Below, in pieces: positions 28,362-42,514 of a stretch of DNA of 64,000 nt. The notes under the pieces were generated by a model. It was given only the letters and a program-made list of their open reading frames with translations, was not told the origin of the DNA and did not search any database. A program made the translations under genes and the position numbers. Every line of letters begins with the position of its first letter. Within the stretch, counting starts at the first letter, position 1. Source of the DNA: the human T2T-CHM13v2.0 reference genome, Homo sapiens; the NCBI RefSeq assembly GCF_009914755.1, contig NC_060932.1; one strand, 5' to 3'.

Positions 28362-28731
28362 TCATGGAATACTATGCAGCCATAAAAAAGAATGAAATCA
28401 TGTCCTTTGTAGCAACATGGACGCAGCTGGAGGCCATTACCCTCAGTAAATTGAGGCAGAAAAAGAAAACCAGATACTACATGTTCTCACTTACAAGTGA
28501 GAGCTGAACTGAGTATGCATGTACACAAAGAAGAGAGCAATAGACACTGAGGCCTACCTGAGGATGGAGGTTGGGAGGAGGATGAGAATCAAAAAAGCTA
28601 CCTATCCGGTACTATGCTCTCTACCTGCCTGATGAAATAATTTGTATAACCAAACCCCAGCAACATGCAATTTACCCATGTAACAAACCTGCACATGTGC
28701 CCCTGAACCTAAAAGTTGGAAGGAAAAAAAA
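28362..28731 (+). mobile_element. 5'-truncated L1 (L1PB/L1MA-like) 3' end
   Basis: Translation MEYYAAIKKNEIMSFVATWTQLEAITLS matches the conserved L1 3' region; 3' UTR and A-tail follow. Confidence 0.93.
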
Positions 28732-29450
28732 GGGATAGATGTTAGATTATTCCAACCTCAGCATTTTAAATAACCTCTATGACTTTCTTAGATAAGTAAT
28801 AGTAATACCAAAATAATTAGAGAGTGGTAGAGTTCCATCACCAGGTCTTTACCCTCATTTTAGGAATAGGTTAAGGCATCAAGAGATAAAGTAATTAATA
28901 AAGGATTATGCTGTGATCTGAAACACAAGTACAGTATTTGTATTTCTGAGCTAAGACTAAAGTCCAGATTTCTTTCATTTCGGTGCTTGTTCGTTTATAC
29001 CACACTGCCCCAAAGGACACTAACTGTAATAGTACTTTGTCCTGACATTTAGGACGCACTCACACCCTTTTGTCCAGATGTTTCTGTCTTAGATTTCCTT
29101 ACTAAACACTAGGATTGTGAAACCTTTCCTTTCCTTTCTAGGGACAAAATGGTATTCACTGGCATATCTAGTTTAATGCTTTGCATACAGGGTGTGCCAC
29201 AGACAATTGGGTTAATGGTTGTAACTGGTTAATTGATTGACACTTAATTTTCAGAGTTCGACCATAACTAAAGAGAGATGAGCTCCTTGAGGAGCTTCCC
29301 ACTCCCCTAGTCCTCTTCTGCTGAAAACTACTGGGTCCTCAATTTTTCCTGAATACACCGCTCATGTGGCCACCCCTAACTGACCCAGTTGACCATGGAT
29401 CCAATTTCAGCCACTTTGTGGATTGGCCAAAACTCTAAAAGGAAGCTTAC

Positions 29451-29522
29451 CATGAAAATTTCTGTCCAAAAAGGAATGATGAACAATTATCTAGGCCAAC
29501 TGAATTCTTCTTTACTCTGGTA
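29451..29522 (-). ncRNA. Candidate spliced exon (72 nt) of a minus-strand transcript
   Basis: Minus-strand acceptor tttcctcctttcttttatatgttttcag| and donor atg|gtaagc. Splice signals only. Confidence 0.4.
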
Positions 29523-29936
29523 CTGAAAACATATAAAAGAAAGGAGGAAATCTGAGACCACAAGGTGGGAAGGGTTATAAGAATTTACAGAAGTCACAAT
29601 GATGAGAAAGCAGAAGATATGAGGTGGAGAAGGTAATACATACATAGCAAAGAAGTTGATATCGACTAGATATGGCAGCTGCAGTGAGGCCAGAGATCCA
29701 CTGAATTGCTGCATATCACAAAAGTGGAGAAATAATAAACACATGATTCTGAGGGAATAAGTTAGCCTGTATACTTGAGGTGCCTTAGATCCCATGCTTT
29801 TCCAGTTCTGCTTCCCAAGTTCATGTACCATTCTAGCAAATTCCGGAATTCTTTTCATACTATTCATTCTACAATAACTTGACCCCTCTTTTTGTTGACG
29901 ATGACTTTCTGTTGCTTACAATAAAAAGACCCCAGT

Positions 29937-30267
29937 AGCTGGGCACAGTGGCTCATGCCTGTAATCCCAGCACTTTAGGAGGCTGAGGTGGGCAGGTCGC
30001 CTGATGTCGGGAGTTTCAGACCAGCCTATCCAACGTGGTAAAACCCTGTCTCTACTAAAAATACAAAAATTAGCTGGACATGGTGGTGTGCGCCTGTAGT
30101 CCCAGACTCAGGAGGCTGAGGCAGGAGAATCAGTTGAACCCAGGAGGCAGAGGTTGCAGTGAAGCCGAGATTACTGTTGATTACTGTTACACTCCAACCT
30201 GGGTGAGAGAGAGACTCTGTCTCAAAAAAAAAAAAAAAAAAAAAAAAAAGAACAAAACAAAAAAAAG
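29937..30267 (+). mobile_element. AluS
   Basis: Full Alu with long A-tail and an internal tandem gattactgtt x2. Confidence 0.95.
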
Positions 30268-32247
30268 CCTAAATTATACAACAGGATCCATGGGAGAAAT
30301 CTTGATAGCTTTTTAGCAGGAACATCACATTCCAAATGCTTGCTAGCTATTTTCTGAGTATCAGTTATATTTACCATGATCCTGAGGAGCAGACCCTTTA
30401 TTGTGTCCCAGTTCAGTTTGCATCGTCTTCATACAGCATAAGGCAACAGTGATAGAAATAATCTCTAGAGTAATCTCCAAGTACCTTTCCAAAGCTGCTA
30501 TGCCTCAAGTACTTCCTTTAACCTTTAAGCATCTGCCTTGCATACAGTCCTCTTGGGCCACTCTTGGCAAAATATTTGGAAGGAGATCTGGAACCTGATT
30601 ATTTCTCAATGAAAAAATAATTTGCTTTTGCACTGGGAAGCGACAGTAATCCAATATAAGCATGCCATTGAAAACCTTCATGCCCTACTATTTCTTTTAG
30701 GACTTTTGTGAACCCTTTCTCTTTGATACATTACCTTTGGCAATCATGGTATTCCAGGACGTGCCAATGAAGTTGGCTGAATCTGAATGGTCTTGGAAGA
30801 GTGGTTTGTGGTTGGAATTTCTCTTGCTTGTTGATATATGTACTTTCCATGTTGGACTTTGTGCTTATGTGAATTCTCCACGTCTCAAAGGCATTATGTC
30901 TAGCAAGCAATTTCTCATAAATTCTTATCCATACAGTTATTCTATGAGAGCATTGCAAATATAGTCAGATTAGGCTTTGATTTGTTTTTCATTCTAACGC
31001 TATCTAACAAGGGGATGTTCTGATTTGTGTAGCCCTGTGCCTCCAAGAAGTTAACGGTACCAGATACACAGCTCATTTATTTTCATTGTGCCCATGTGGT
31101 TTTCTGAAGTCACACTTTGTGTTGTTTTACATATGGGAAAATGGAAACCTGGCTAACTTGTCTTTAGTAAGTGATTGGTGGAGAAATTAGTAGAAACTAC
31201 ATCTCCAAATTCCTGATCTAGGTAATGCTGTTTCAACAAGCTAAGTTGCACTTGAATTTTGAAATACCCACTCTAGATTGCAATTACCAAATAGTTGTTA
31301 TGTACCCAATCACAGGATATGCTTTTGAAATTTTTTTCATTAGTACATGGAAGAGAGAGTTTTATATTGTGGTAGGTAGAAATGCCCAGACAAGACAGGA
31401 CTGAGATAAATTAATGGCCAGTCCATTTATTTTGATAAACACAAATAGGACTAATGCACCTTGAGCTTTAGGAACTAGCAGGGCATTTCTAGTTGCAGCA
31501 TAGTCACACTAAGGTGCAAAGAGTCAATGGACAAGCAAAAATGTGTAAGAAGAAAATAAGATTCTTTGTTTGTTTTCTTTATTTGACATATTTAAAAGAA
31601 GGCAAAAGTGTATCTTCCAAAAAGTACATTTTGTGGTAGACACTTTTCCTCTGCTAAACCATATGACATCAAGTGGCATCCCTTTTCTTCCTTTGTGGTC
31701 ATTCTAACCCTGATCCCAGATTGGACAAGGTTGAAATATCAGCATGAAGTGAAGTTGGTTCTGGTTAAACTTTTCCAGGATTGTCCCATCTTCCAGTCCT
31801 TGTAAATGAGTGTCATGCTTTGTTGCCAAGTCAATGAGGAGACAATGTTCACATGGAGACCCTTGGGCACAGATGAAACTGGAATTCCTTCTCACCCATT
31901 TCATACAGATAGTATGAAACTCATTTCAACTGAGAAGTGAAAATTCTGGTTAAGGAAGAATTGGTACTTGAAAGTTGTTACTTTAAAAAATTATCTTGAT
32001 TCATGGTTTTACAAGTCAGTTATAAATGTTAATAGCCTCCATCACTGTCATGTTAGCTGTTGTTTCAGAAAAGAAATACATATTGTAGTAGTTTTAATAG
32101 AAGGAGTAGGACAGTAAATGTAAATGTCTGTCCTAATGGATTGTTTTATACATTAGAGAACAATTTTTTAAGTGATCGAGTAAACAAAGTCCCCCTCCTA
32201 CCTCCACGGTGATTGTTTCTCATAGATGAAAACAGTTTTCTCATCCT

Positions 32248-32431
32248 GACGACGACAACAACTTCTTCTTCTTCTTCTTCCTCCTCTTCTTCTTCTTCTC
32301 TTTTTCTCTTTCTTTCCTCTTTATTTTTCTTCTTTCTTTCCTCCTCCTCCTCCTCTTCTTCTTCTGCTTCTTCTTCTGCTGCTTCTTCTTCTTCTCCTTC
32401 TTCATCATCATTATCTCATCATCATTATCAT
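32248..32431. repeat. Compound trinucleotide / low-complexity repeat (GAC, AAC, TTC, TCC, TCA)
   Basis: Directly visible; gives the poly-Ser ORF in the track. Confidence 0.93.
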
Positions 32432-33042
32432 TTCAGTGACCAGTTAGTGAGCACCTTCATGTCCAAGCACTGTCTGGGGTCTTCACAGATGTTATCCTAA
32501 TCTTCACACCAGTTTAATACAAGTGTGTTAATATATTTGATATGAGTGCTAGGATATAGTATTTGGAGATGAGGGAAGCTAAGCTCAAGGTCACATTCTG
32601 CTGGAACTGGATTTGACACCAGAGCTGTCTGATTCCAACACCCACACTCTTCCCTCTGCCATATCCTGTGGGTGTGTATCAAGTTTTCTCCCTTGCCTGT
32701 GGATAGGTTGCCTATTTTTTAAATTAAGCTCACTCTTTATTTCTTTCCTTCTCCCTCCTCCTTCCCCAATTTCCCTTTTCTCCTTCTCTTTCTTTCATTT
32801 TTTTCCCAAGATGATATTTACCTGCAATACACTATTGAAAATTTCTCTATGCTTCTGCCCTGATCTAATACAATTTTTATCAAGGGAAAAATAACATTTA
32901 CTAACTAATACCTTTCCCTGTAGAACCTGATAGAAAATAAAGCATAAAATTTAAAGTTTATGACACACTGCAATTCATCCAAGGGCGTCTAAATGTTCAA
33001 AGAGGCACAAGAGAGAGATAATTTGCTTTTAAAAGAAAATGA

Positions 33043-33215
33043 GGCCAGGCTCAGTGGCTCATACCTGTAATCCAAGCACTTTGAGAGGCTGAGGTGAGAG
33101 GATTGCTTGAGGCCAGGAGTTCAAGACCAGCCTGAGCAACATAGTGAGATCCCATCTCTTAAAAAAAAATAAAAAATTAGCCAGCTGTCTATTTAAAACA
33201 AGAAAGAAAGAAACA
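33043..33215 (+). mobile_element. Alu left monomer (FLAM/AluJ-like)
   Basis: ggccaggctcagtggctcatacctgtaatcc...aaaaattagcc, with no right arm. Confidence 0.9.
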
Positions 33216-34356
33216 GAAAATGGGAGGAATTCAACTTTTGATTAGATTGTATTGGATTTCTGAAAGGAAAAGGGGGTACCAAAAAACAGAGAATTTGTTG
33301 ATTAAGTAGTGTTTAAGAGCAGAAATGTCTGATGTTCAGTTTAAAGATGCCTGCACTGCTGTGATGTAACCTCTGCTTGCCTGATACTGAACTCTAACCA
33401 TGTGTATCACATCCTAGACAGGGGAGGGAATGGAGGATAATTGACAAGAACAGCTTTTGATGTTAAAACTAGGAGCCAAATGCAGGCAGGGAATACTGTG
33501 GGAAGAGAGCAACTAGAGTTGAAAGGATGGAATTTTCCATAAGCAATACAAAGATTTTTGATACCTGACTCCTACTTAAAATTAATTCGACTAGAAAGAC
33601 TCATCTTTTTCTGAAAAACTTTCTAATCATATATCACTTATTTTAGTTCCACATTTGAAAGCACTGTTGCCACAAAATCACCTATTCTTTTACTGATTTT
33701 ATTAATTAATAAAAGACATTGTGTAGGACAGTATATTTGTCATAATTATGGGCAGATATAAGCATTAGCTCCATTGCAAAATAGGATTAAAACTGAATGT
33801 ACAGTGTTGTCAAGTATGAAATATTTTTCCCAGAATAAATGAGTAGAGAAGCATTTAAAGTCTCCAAAAACTCCAAGGGGCCTAAGTGGGCTCTCTTCCA
33901 AAAAAATAATAATAACAAGTTATGATCATATTACCCTGAAATAGATTCAATTACCCAAACAATTAGTCAGCTAACAAATATTTATCAAGGCTCACTCTTC
34001 TAACTGATCTGGGATACAGAAGGATTGTAAGAATTAGTATCCTCCCTAAGGGAGTTTTCATTCTAGTATGAGAGACAAAAGTAACACTTAAAAGCTAAAA
34101 TTGAATGAGTTAGTTACAAAGTCTGTGGGGTTGACTCGAGTAGAGGGTGGTTGATCAGTGTAGGTTTAATGAAATTAAAATGAGTAAGATTCTATAAATG
34201 CAAGACTGGCCAGAGAAAGTGGGGAGCTCTGGGGCCAGAACAGCAGAGGACCAAAGGCATCCTACACAGCCAATTAAGGAATTTTCCTACTGCAGCATGG
34301 GGTCCAGGGAGCTTCATTTGTAATCCCTTGTTCTGCTTTGTTTCATTCTTGGACTC

Positions 34357-34714
34357 TAATATGGTTTGACTGTGTCCTCACTTGAATCTCACCTTGAGTT
34401 ATAACAATCCCCACGTGTCAAGGTTGGTGCCAGGTGGAGATGATTGAATCATGGGGGCAGTTTCCCCCATACTGTTCTCCTGGTAAGTAAATAAGTCTCA
34501 TTAGATTTGATGGTTTTATAAAAGGCAGTTCCCCTGCATAAGCTCTCTTCCCCACCACTGTGTAAGACATCCCTTTTCTCTTCCTTCATCTTCCATTTTG
34601 AATGTGAGGCCTCCCCAGCCAATGTGGAACTGTGAGTCCATTAAGTCTCTTTCCTTTATAAATTGCCCAGTCTGAGGTGTGTCTTTATCAGCAGCATGAG
34701 AATGGACTAATACA
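34357..34714 (+). mobile_element. THE1 (MaLR) solo LTR
   Basis: taatatggtttgactgtgtc...gaatggactaataca flanked by the 5-bp TSD gactc. Confidence 0.95.
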
Positions 34715-35360
34715 GACTCCATCACAGACCTTTGGGCTAAGGACTTTACCTCTAGGCACCTGCCCTATTACTTCTATTAAATGGTGTAAACACAGTTTGC
34801 TCACCCATTCAATTGCCTTACTGTGATTCATCTTGAAGTCTAGCCTGATGACAGGGATACTATGCACCCCACAACCAACCCTACTGAGTAATTGGCTCCA
34901 TTAAAACAAGAGAGAATTGTGAGATAATCTGGATAGAGTTAGAGTTCACACCAAACATAGAGTTTCCAATTTAATGGATTAGTTTCATTTTTGCAACATT
35001 CAGTACTGATAGGATGGGTCAATTTTGGCAGGGTCTAGTTGCCATCTTAAAGCGAGGTACAGGGTGCTATTTAGAGCACTTTGCAGCAACAAAGAGGACA
35101 AGGTTTGAGGATAATTCTAATAGCTCTTATACAAAGATATTGAACCAAGTAAATTTATAATATGTGGGTCTGCAAAGTATTCATGTTTCTTGAGAGGAGT
35201 GCTTCAGATTGAGAGACGGGAGCAATCTGTAAAGAAGGAACCCAATGGATGGACACTGGGGAATGAATATCAAGGACACAGTTAGGTATGAATTTAAGCT
35301 AGATGTTCACTTAGGTAACTGTAGCCTGGAGTGGAATGACAGGTTAGAAGAAGTCTCCTA

Positions 35361-35643
35361 GGCTGGGTGCAGTGGTTCATACCTGCAATTCCAGCACTTT
35401 GGGAAGCCGAGGTGGGAGGATCACTTCAGGACAGGAGTTCAAGACCAGCCTGGGTAACATAATAAGATCCTGTCTCTACATAAAATTTAAAAAGTTAGTT
35501 GGGCATGGTGGCATGTGCCTATAGTACCAGCTACTCAGGAGGCTGAGGCAGGAGGATCTCTTGAGCCAAAGAGGTCAAGGCTGTAGTGAACTATGATTGT
35601 GCCATTGTACTCCAGCCTGGGTGACAGAGCAATACTCTGTCTC

Positions 35644-35672
<29 letters not shown>
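35361..35672 (+). mobile_element. AluJ
   Basis: Full Alu with gaggtcaaggctgtagtga and a ~29-nt poly(A). Confidence 0.95.
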
Positions 35673-35674
<2 letters not shown>

Positions 35675-37439
35675 CTTCAAATAGCTTACCTATGAAGAAG
35701 CTGCTTGGTAATACCTTAAATTTCCCTTCTATGCTTTTACACAGAACCCTAACCTTGCAGTTGAGGACTTGAGTCATCTCACAATTCTTTTGGGTAAAAA
35801 AAATGTAAACTACTGTGACCCAACTTTCTTTACAGCTGGGAAGGCCTCTATTTGATTGAAAATATAAATTAAGATACTAGGTTTTAAGTTAAAATATTAA
35901 ATTACCTCTAGCTTTTAAAAATCATAAAGATCTTTCTTTAACAGTAGAGGGATCTAGTGTTTCAAGTATTGAATTGGTTTAACTGAGCAATTTCTGAATG
36001 TCAAAGCAACAGATTCTCTAATAACATCTTTTGTTTTTCTAAAGTTTATTCCCATATTATGTTATATTATCAGAGAGCCATGTAAGGGGACTATCTTACT
36101 TTATATCCCCATAGAATTTCCTTCCCAGAGTTACAATTTAACATTTTGTCCTCAGCTTTTTTATAGAGGTCAATATAAGAAATAGCACAGGAAGAATCTC
36201 TTCTCCCCTCTGCCCTTTACTCTGGGCAGAATTAATCCTTTACTTGTCTATGTATATACTGTGATTTATATATACTGCTATGGTAGCACTTAGGTAATAA
36301 TATTATTGTAAGGAATTTTGCTGTCTGAGATAAATCTTCCCTATATTCTCCCCTTTGTTTTACTCCAAAGGACTATAATCCTGCAGAGTTTTTCACTAAT
36401 GAATTTAGGCATTATTTTTCTCTAAAAGAAAGATCACACTGAAAATTATATAAAATAGGCTGTTTTCCTGGGATACCCTTGTGGCTTGTTAGAACACCCG
36501 GAGTCAGCTGGACTGGACTGCCACTCTTCTTCACTTACTTTATAGGCAGATGCTATTCCTTTTAGAGACTGTCTCTGAAAGTGAGGACCCTGGGTTATGT
36601 CTGATCGTTGGGCGGGGAGGGGGCTTTAAGGTTCTAATTTTTGTATGTGTCCTATTTCCATGTCTTGTTTCCCAGATAAACTATTTCCTTCTATGTCTCT
36701 GCTTTCCTGAAGACAAAGGTACCTTTTTCTCAGCAGTGGAGTTGGAGAGGAAACAGATTCAGGAAGAGTCCAATATTACTACCATTATTGCAATTGCGTA
36801 GTAGTACATGCCAAATTCACCCTGTCTTTTCATTTTACTTACCTTTCTCTTGTCCCACATGCTTTTATTCTTGGCATGCTTACCTACAAAATTATCCTTT
36901 TTTTCTATTTCCGTATTCCCTATGCCCTGTAGTCTTCTTTCAAAGCCCCTTTGAAATGCTATCATGAAAGATGGATTTCTTTTCTCAGTGCTGTGAGCAC
37001 CTCCATCTCCTCTTCTCTTCTTTCACGGTGCCCATTTCTTCTTCATCTCATCAAGTATGCAGTCCTTTCTTCGTCTGCACTGTTATGTACCTCCTTCCAC
37101 CTTTGTTTCTTCCAAACTTGTATTTCTTTTGTCTTTCCATTTAACAGGCCTCATTTCTTTTATCTTAGGAATCTATTCATAAAATTTATACAGTCTTTAA
37201 GGTGCAAACACCTTGAAGGTAGAGACCATATTATTTCTATGTTCTTTATATTGGCACTCCAATTAAACAAAAGTCTATGTCCAGTTGAAGTCTGGAAGCC
37301 TGATAAGCACACTGAAGTAAAAGTCGCAATACACATGAATGACTGAAAGTAGGTTTTGTTACCAGTGGAAAAGACATTTGTGAGAACAAAATGACACATA
37401 AAGAGGAAGCAAGTGATTACTGACTTACTGGAAATCCCA

Positions 37440-37727
37440 GGCCGGGCACGGAGGCTCATTCCTGTAATCCCAACACTTTGGGAGGCTGAGATGAGGGGCT
37501 TACCTGAGCTCAGGAGTCTAAGACCAGCCTGAGTAACAAGTGAGACCCTCTTCTCTACCAAAAAATAATTTAAAAAAAATTAGCCAGGTATGGTAGCCCA
37601 TGCCCATGCCTGTGGCCTCAGCTACTCAGGAGGCTGAAGCAAGAAAATTGCTTGAGCTGGAGAGGTCTTCCAGCACCTGAAAGACAGAGAAAGACCCTGT
37701 CTTCAAAGAAAAGAAAAGAAAAGAAAA
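37440..37727 (+). mobile_element. AluJ-like element with right-arm deletion and (GAAAA)n tail
   Basis: ggccgggcacgg...agaccctgtc; degenerate TSD gaaatccca/gaaaaccca. Confidence 0.9.
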
Positions 37728-38449
37728 CCCATACATTTAGCTCAATTGACTAAAAGCCTAAATGAAAAATATATATCTTTCAGCTTAAAGGGTTGGTTGG
37801 ATTGATTTGTTGAGTAAGGTATTACTATTTGGACAATTGTAAAAAGGACCTGTGAAAGCCATATTTTGGCTTGGACAAGCTCACCCACCCCATGCCCCAT
37901 CTCTACTAAGGGGGGGTGGGATTCACTGTCAAAAGAGTTCTTCTCTTTAAATTCTATACAATAGGTACAGTAATTATATCTAATTGCATTTGAAACACAA
38001 TAGTTATTAAGGCAAACGTTTCTAGACTAGTTTCATTATTAAATAAAAATTGAAACTGAGAGTTTTTCCCATATTGGTAAATATTGATTTAATTTTTTAA
38101 TTGAATGGGAATAATATGGGCATTTTTTTATCATTTGCCCAAAATATTTTAAGAAAATACTATATAGTGTAACCTTTTTTTTTTTTTTTTTTACTATGAA
38201 GGCATTAATTTTGTTTTATTTTTAGTACTTGCTTCCAGTTCACTTTTCAAAGTGTCCTTTAGGCTTGTTAGTTTCAAAGGAAATAATATATTTCCTTTTG
38301 ACTTAAAATGCCTATGCTATCATTAGATATTAATAGTAGAAGTAACAGCAGGATTGCCTGGCACAAATTTGTCCTGTCCTTCTTCTGGCTAGGCAATAGG
38401 GTGCAAATGTTCCTTGCTGTGCTTTTGATGGTGAAATAGAAATAACGCT

Positions 38450-38995
38450 TCACATTTTATAACACATTATATTTCATAAAGCTCTTTCACATTCATCACT
38501 TCATTTAATCATCAAAAACAATTCTGCAAACTGATATTATTTTTCACATTTAAGTGTGAGAATATTGATGCTCAAGGAAGCAATGATTTGGCTGAGGACC
38601 CAAAGTGAGTGTCAGTGCCAAGACTTAAATCTATTTCTTCTCACTCACTCCAGAGTCCTTCCCACATCATCACACTGTCTCCTTCTACTGTGCTTTGCTC
38701 TAACCTGCTGAACTAACTAGCAAGTGTCTTTAGCATACTACATTAGATAGCTAAGACTTACTGAATGCCTACTGTATGCCAAATCCTGTCTTAAGAACTT
38801 ACATGTGTTACCTAATTCAATCCTTGCAACCCATGTATGATAGGTAATATTATTATCTCCATCTCGCAAATAAGGAAACATAGAATTTAAATAACTTGCT
38901 CAGGAAGGCATAGCCAATAAATGGAATAAGTAAGTCTCAAATCTGGACAGTCTATCTTGAGAAATGCATGCTTAATCACCATCCTCTATTGCCTC
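38450..38995 (-). mobile_element. Two MIR fragments
   Basis: Two reverse MIR cores (tcatttaatcatcaaaaacaattctgc...; ttactgaatgcctactgtatgcc...ataacttgctcagg). Confidence 0.7.
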
Positions 38996-40567
38996 TTAAA
39001 TAATCAAAGCCCGTAAAGATTTTATAAATGACTTTTCTCATGAATAATAGGGCCTGGGGTGAGTTTCTCAATATCACTTATGGCAATAAGAATTTCAGCA
39101 ATCATAATCTTGGTGCATTTTCCAAAAAGGATGGCTCCCCATTGGGTAACACAAGGTGAAATGTGTATTCTGTTAGAAATTTTTGATTCCAGCCTAGGGA
39201 GGTATCAAGAATAATGCTGTTGCCATAAAGATATAAGTCTTGAGACAAACACTGGAGAGGTTCAGTCATTCAATCAACTATACATATATTACTGAACATT
39301 TTTTATGTTCAAATGCTGTGCTAAGTATCTGAATAATATTCACATGAAGCTGAAAATCTATCAAAAATACATTTGAATACAGATACTTGGTAAAATCTCT
39401 AAAATGCACAAAGCTTCATGGACACATGAAATTTCTTTACTATGGAGAAATCAAGGAAGGTTTAATAAAAGTAGTAACATTAGAGCTAATCTTTGGGTAA
39501 AGAAGAGGAAAAGACAAATTGTAGTGCATGCTGTAACTGTATATAGGTTCTTTGGAGATAGCTCATTGAATGCAAACTTTCAGAACTCACTTCATGAGTC
39601 AATAGGAACTTTACACAATGGTGAGAATAAAGTGCATCCTTTCAAAGCACACTGTCCATGGCGTGAGAGTAACCACCACACTGACATTTGTTGAAGAAAG
39701 GTTCTCCTGGGTTCTCCCCACTCTACCCTCCTTGGATGCCAATTAGGCACCTTAGGAAGGACAAGTGTCTTCCCTGTCCCAAAGAATTGATTTTTATAGA
39801 TATTTATATCTACTTTTGTGAACATGCAATGTTCATTTTGATTATTATTAAATCAATGTAAATTCTGAATGAATTTCTCTGACTTTTACTTTGCTTATTA
39901 AGTTGAAGACTCAAGGGCAATGCAGATGAGAATTTCAGATTCTTCCTTTGAGAGGATTTTTGGTCAGTGGCTCTTTAAGAAGACCCAAAGCAGGTTGGGT
40001 ATACTTCGTAAAATCAGATACTTGGTATATAGTTCTTTTTTTTTTCTTTTCTTTTTTTGGTAACATCACCACGAGGATTTCTTTGCTGAAATGCACTGAC
40101 CTTCTGTAAAAATTAACACTGGAAGTATTTTCCAATGGAAATTGACTAATAAAGAAATCAATAATGAAGGAATATTTTTAGACTGGCAAGAATCATGATG
40201 ACACTGTTAAGAAGAAAACATTGTACATATTTAATATGTTTAAATTCCAGATCCTCAATATTATGATTAAGAATTTAATGATTTTTGTTTATAATTCCTT
40301 CTCATTGTGTGCCCACATCATACTTAGCTTAAATTATGTATCTAAATATGTCTTCTCTATAAAGTTTCTTGTGGTCAGAATCAAGTGGTCCACTAGTTTC
40401 ATTTAGCAGTAGATGTATATATTTTGACACATACCAAAGAAGTGCAGCTCAGTACCCAAAAGATGTACTAACTGAAAACTTTAGTTCATGTAATATGCCC
40501 GGCATTCACCCTCGCGGAATTTAGACAGGAGGGATTGTGGCCTGTATGTTTGACTTCTGGAACTTAC

Positions 40568-40672
40568 CTTAGTAAAATTCAAAAAACAGGTTCATTAGTA
40601 ATTTCTTCAAAGAAATCTGCTTCAATTTATTCAGATGTTTTGTAGTCTCTACTTTGTATTAAATATAAAGCA
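40568..40672 (-). ncRNA. Candidate non-coding exon (105 nt)
   Basis: Minus-strand acceptor tttttacctctttaactcag| and consensus donor aag|gtaagt; stops in all three frames. Confidence 0.3.
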
Positions 40673-41357
40673 CTGAGTTAAAGAGGTAAAAATATCAAAA
40701 TGAACAGGATAGTCTCTCTCCTCTGGGATCTTATAATCATGTAAAGAAACAGATATGTAAAAACTGTAAAAAAGATATGTACAATATAATTATAATATAG
40801 GAAAATTAAAGGCCATACATTTTGTAAATAAACAGCTATGGGAACAAAAAAATGTGCATTTTTTTTTCTAATTGGCAAAGTCTAAATGGGATTGTGGAGG
40901 AGCAGTTTGTATTTAAGCCTGCAATTGAACTACATGTATTATTTTTAAAACTGGAGATTTGAAGGGAACACTGGTGGCAAATAGAATTGTATGAACAAAG
41001 GAACAGAGATTTGGAAAGGCAGATGGATGTCAGCATGGCTAGAGGACAGGTACACAGCTGATGGGGCAGAAGGTAGCTATGAAAGGTTTGCAGAAGTCAG
41101 ATTGTCAGTTTCTTTTAAAGCCTGCTAAATGTGTACACTTTATTGTGTAAACAGTGGCAAACAGTAAAGGTTTTGAACTGTAATGATGTAGTGGTCTGGG
41201 CTAAACTATTCAGAGCAAGCATTTTAGGTTACAGTAACTGAACTGTGGGTTTTTGTTTACATGTATCCAGAGTTGTTCCCTACCTTTGCAAGGTCAGTGT
41301 CTCAGTGATGTGCCTTAAATACCTTGTCCTTGAAATAGAACCTCAACATCTTCACCT

Positions 41358-41553
41358 TGTTCTTTTTTTTTAAAAGACCGTGTCTTACTCTATCTACAGG
41401 CATGCACCACCATGCCTGGCTAATATTTTATATATTTTTAAAGATGGGACCTCACTCTCTTGCCCAGGCTGATCCCAAACTCCTGGCCTCAAGCAATCCT
41501 CCCACCTCAGCCCCCCAAAGTACTGGGATTACAGGCCTGAGCCACCATGCACA
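41358..41553 (-). mobile_element. Internally deleted Alu
   Basis: Reverse Alu pieces acaggcatgcaccaccatgcctggctaat...gggattacaggcctgagccacc. Confidence 0.88.
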
Positions 41554-41749
41554 GACTTATCCCTCTCTTAAAAAAATTTGTTTTCAACAAATTCATATGA
41601 GTAAGATTAAGAAGAAATGGTACAACCAGACATAAGCTGAAAAGCAAAAGTCTCCTTTCCTACTTTGTTTATTTTGCTTCCCCTTTCAGAGGAAACTACA
41701 TTTGATCATTAAACCAATACATCATTTATATTCATTTTTTCAAAATATA

Positions 41750-41824
41750 TTAGGTTGGTGCAACAGTGATTGAAGTTTTGTCATTGAAAGTAATGGCAAA
41801 AACCACACTTTTGCACCTACCTAA
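41750..41824. mobile_element. MADE1 MITE (Hsmar1 mariner-derived)
   Basis: ttaggttggtgcaa...ttgcacctacctaa terminal inverted repeats, TA flanks, ~75 bp. Confidence 0.93.
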
Positions 41825-42154
41825 TATAAAACTTCATTTTTGTTTTGTCTTTCATATTGATGAACCATCATTTGTTTATTTTTTTGGATATTGGATTGCC
41901 TTCATTGTTTTCACTATTATAAATACCCCTATTACACATACAAAATCAAAATACCATTTTTGCCTTGGCTTTTTAAGAAAATAAACGTTGATTTTAAAAA
42001 CAATTTCAGATATACAGAAAAATTGTGAAGATACTACAGTGAATTCTCATTTCCCTCTACCATGTTCCCCCTATTATGAACATCTTATATTAGTGTGGTA
42101 GATTTGTTACAATAAGTGAGTAAATATGAATACTAATTATTTTTTATTGATATC

Positions 42155-42514
42155 TGATATTATTTGGCTCTGTGTCCCCACTAACATCTCACCTTGAATT
42201 GTAATAATCCCCACATATCATGGGAGGGACCCAGTGGGAGATAATTTAACCATGGGGGTGGGTTTTTCCCCTGCTATTCTAGTGATAGTGAATAAGTCTC
42301 ATGAGATCTGATGGTTTTATAAAGGGGAGTTCCCCTGCACATGCTCTCTTGCCTGCCACCGTGTAAGACATGACTTTGTTCCCCCTTTGCCTTCTGCCAT
42401 GATTGTGAGGCCTCCAGAGCCATGTGGAACTGTGAGTCTATTAGACCTCTTTCCTTTATAAATTACCCAGTCTTAGGTAAGTCTTTAATGGCAGCATGAG
42501 AAAGGACTAATACA
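42155..42514 (+). mobile_element. THE1 (MaLR) solo LTR
   Basis: tgatattatttggctctgtgtcccca...ggactaataca with 5-bp TSD atatc. Confidence 0.95.

Noticed and set aside
32213-32500. Poly-Ser ORF
   Set aside because: Translation of a simple trinucleotide repeat.
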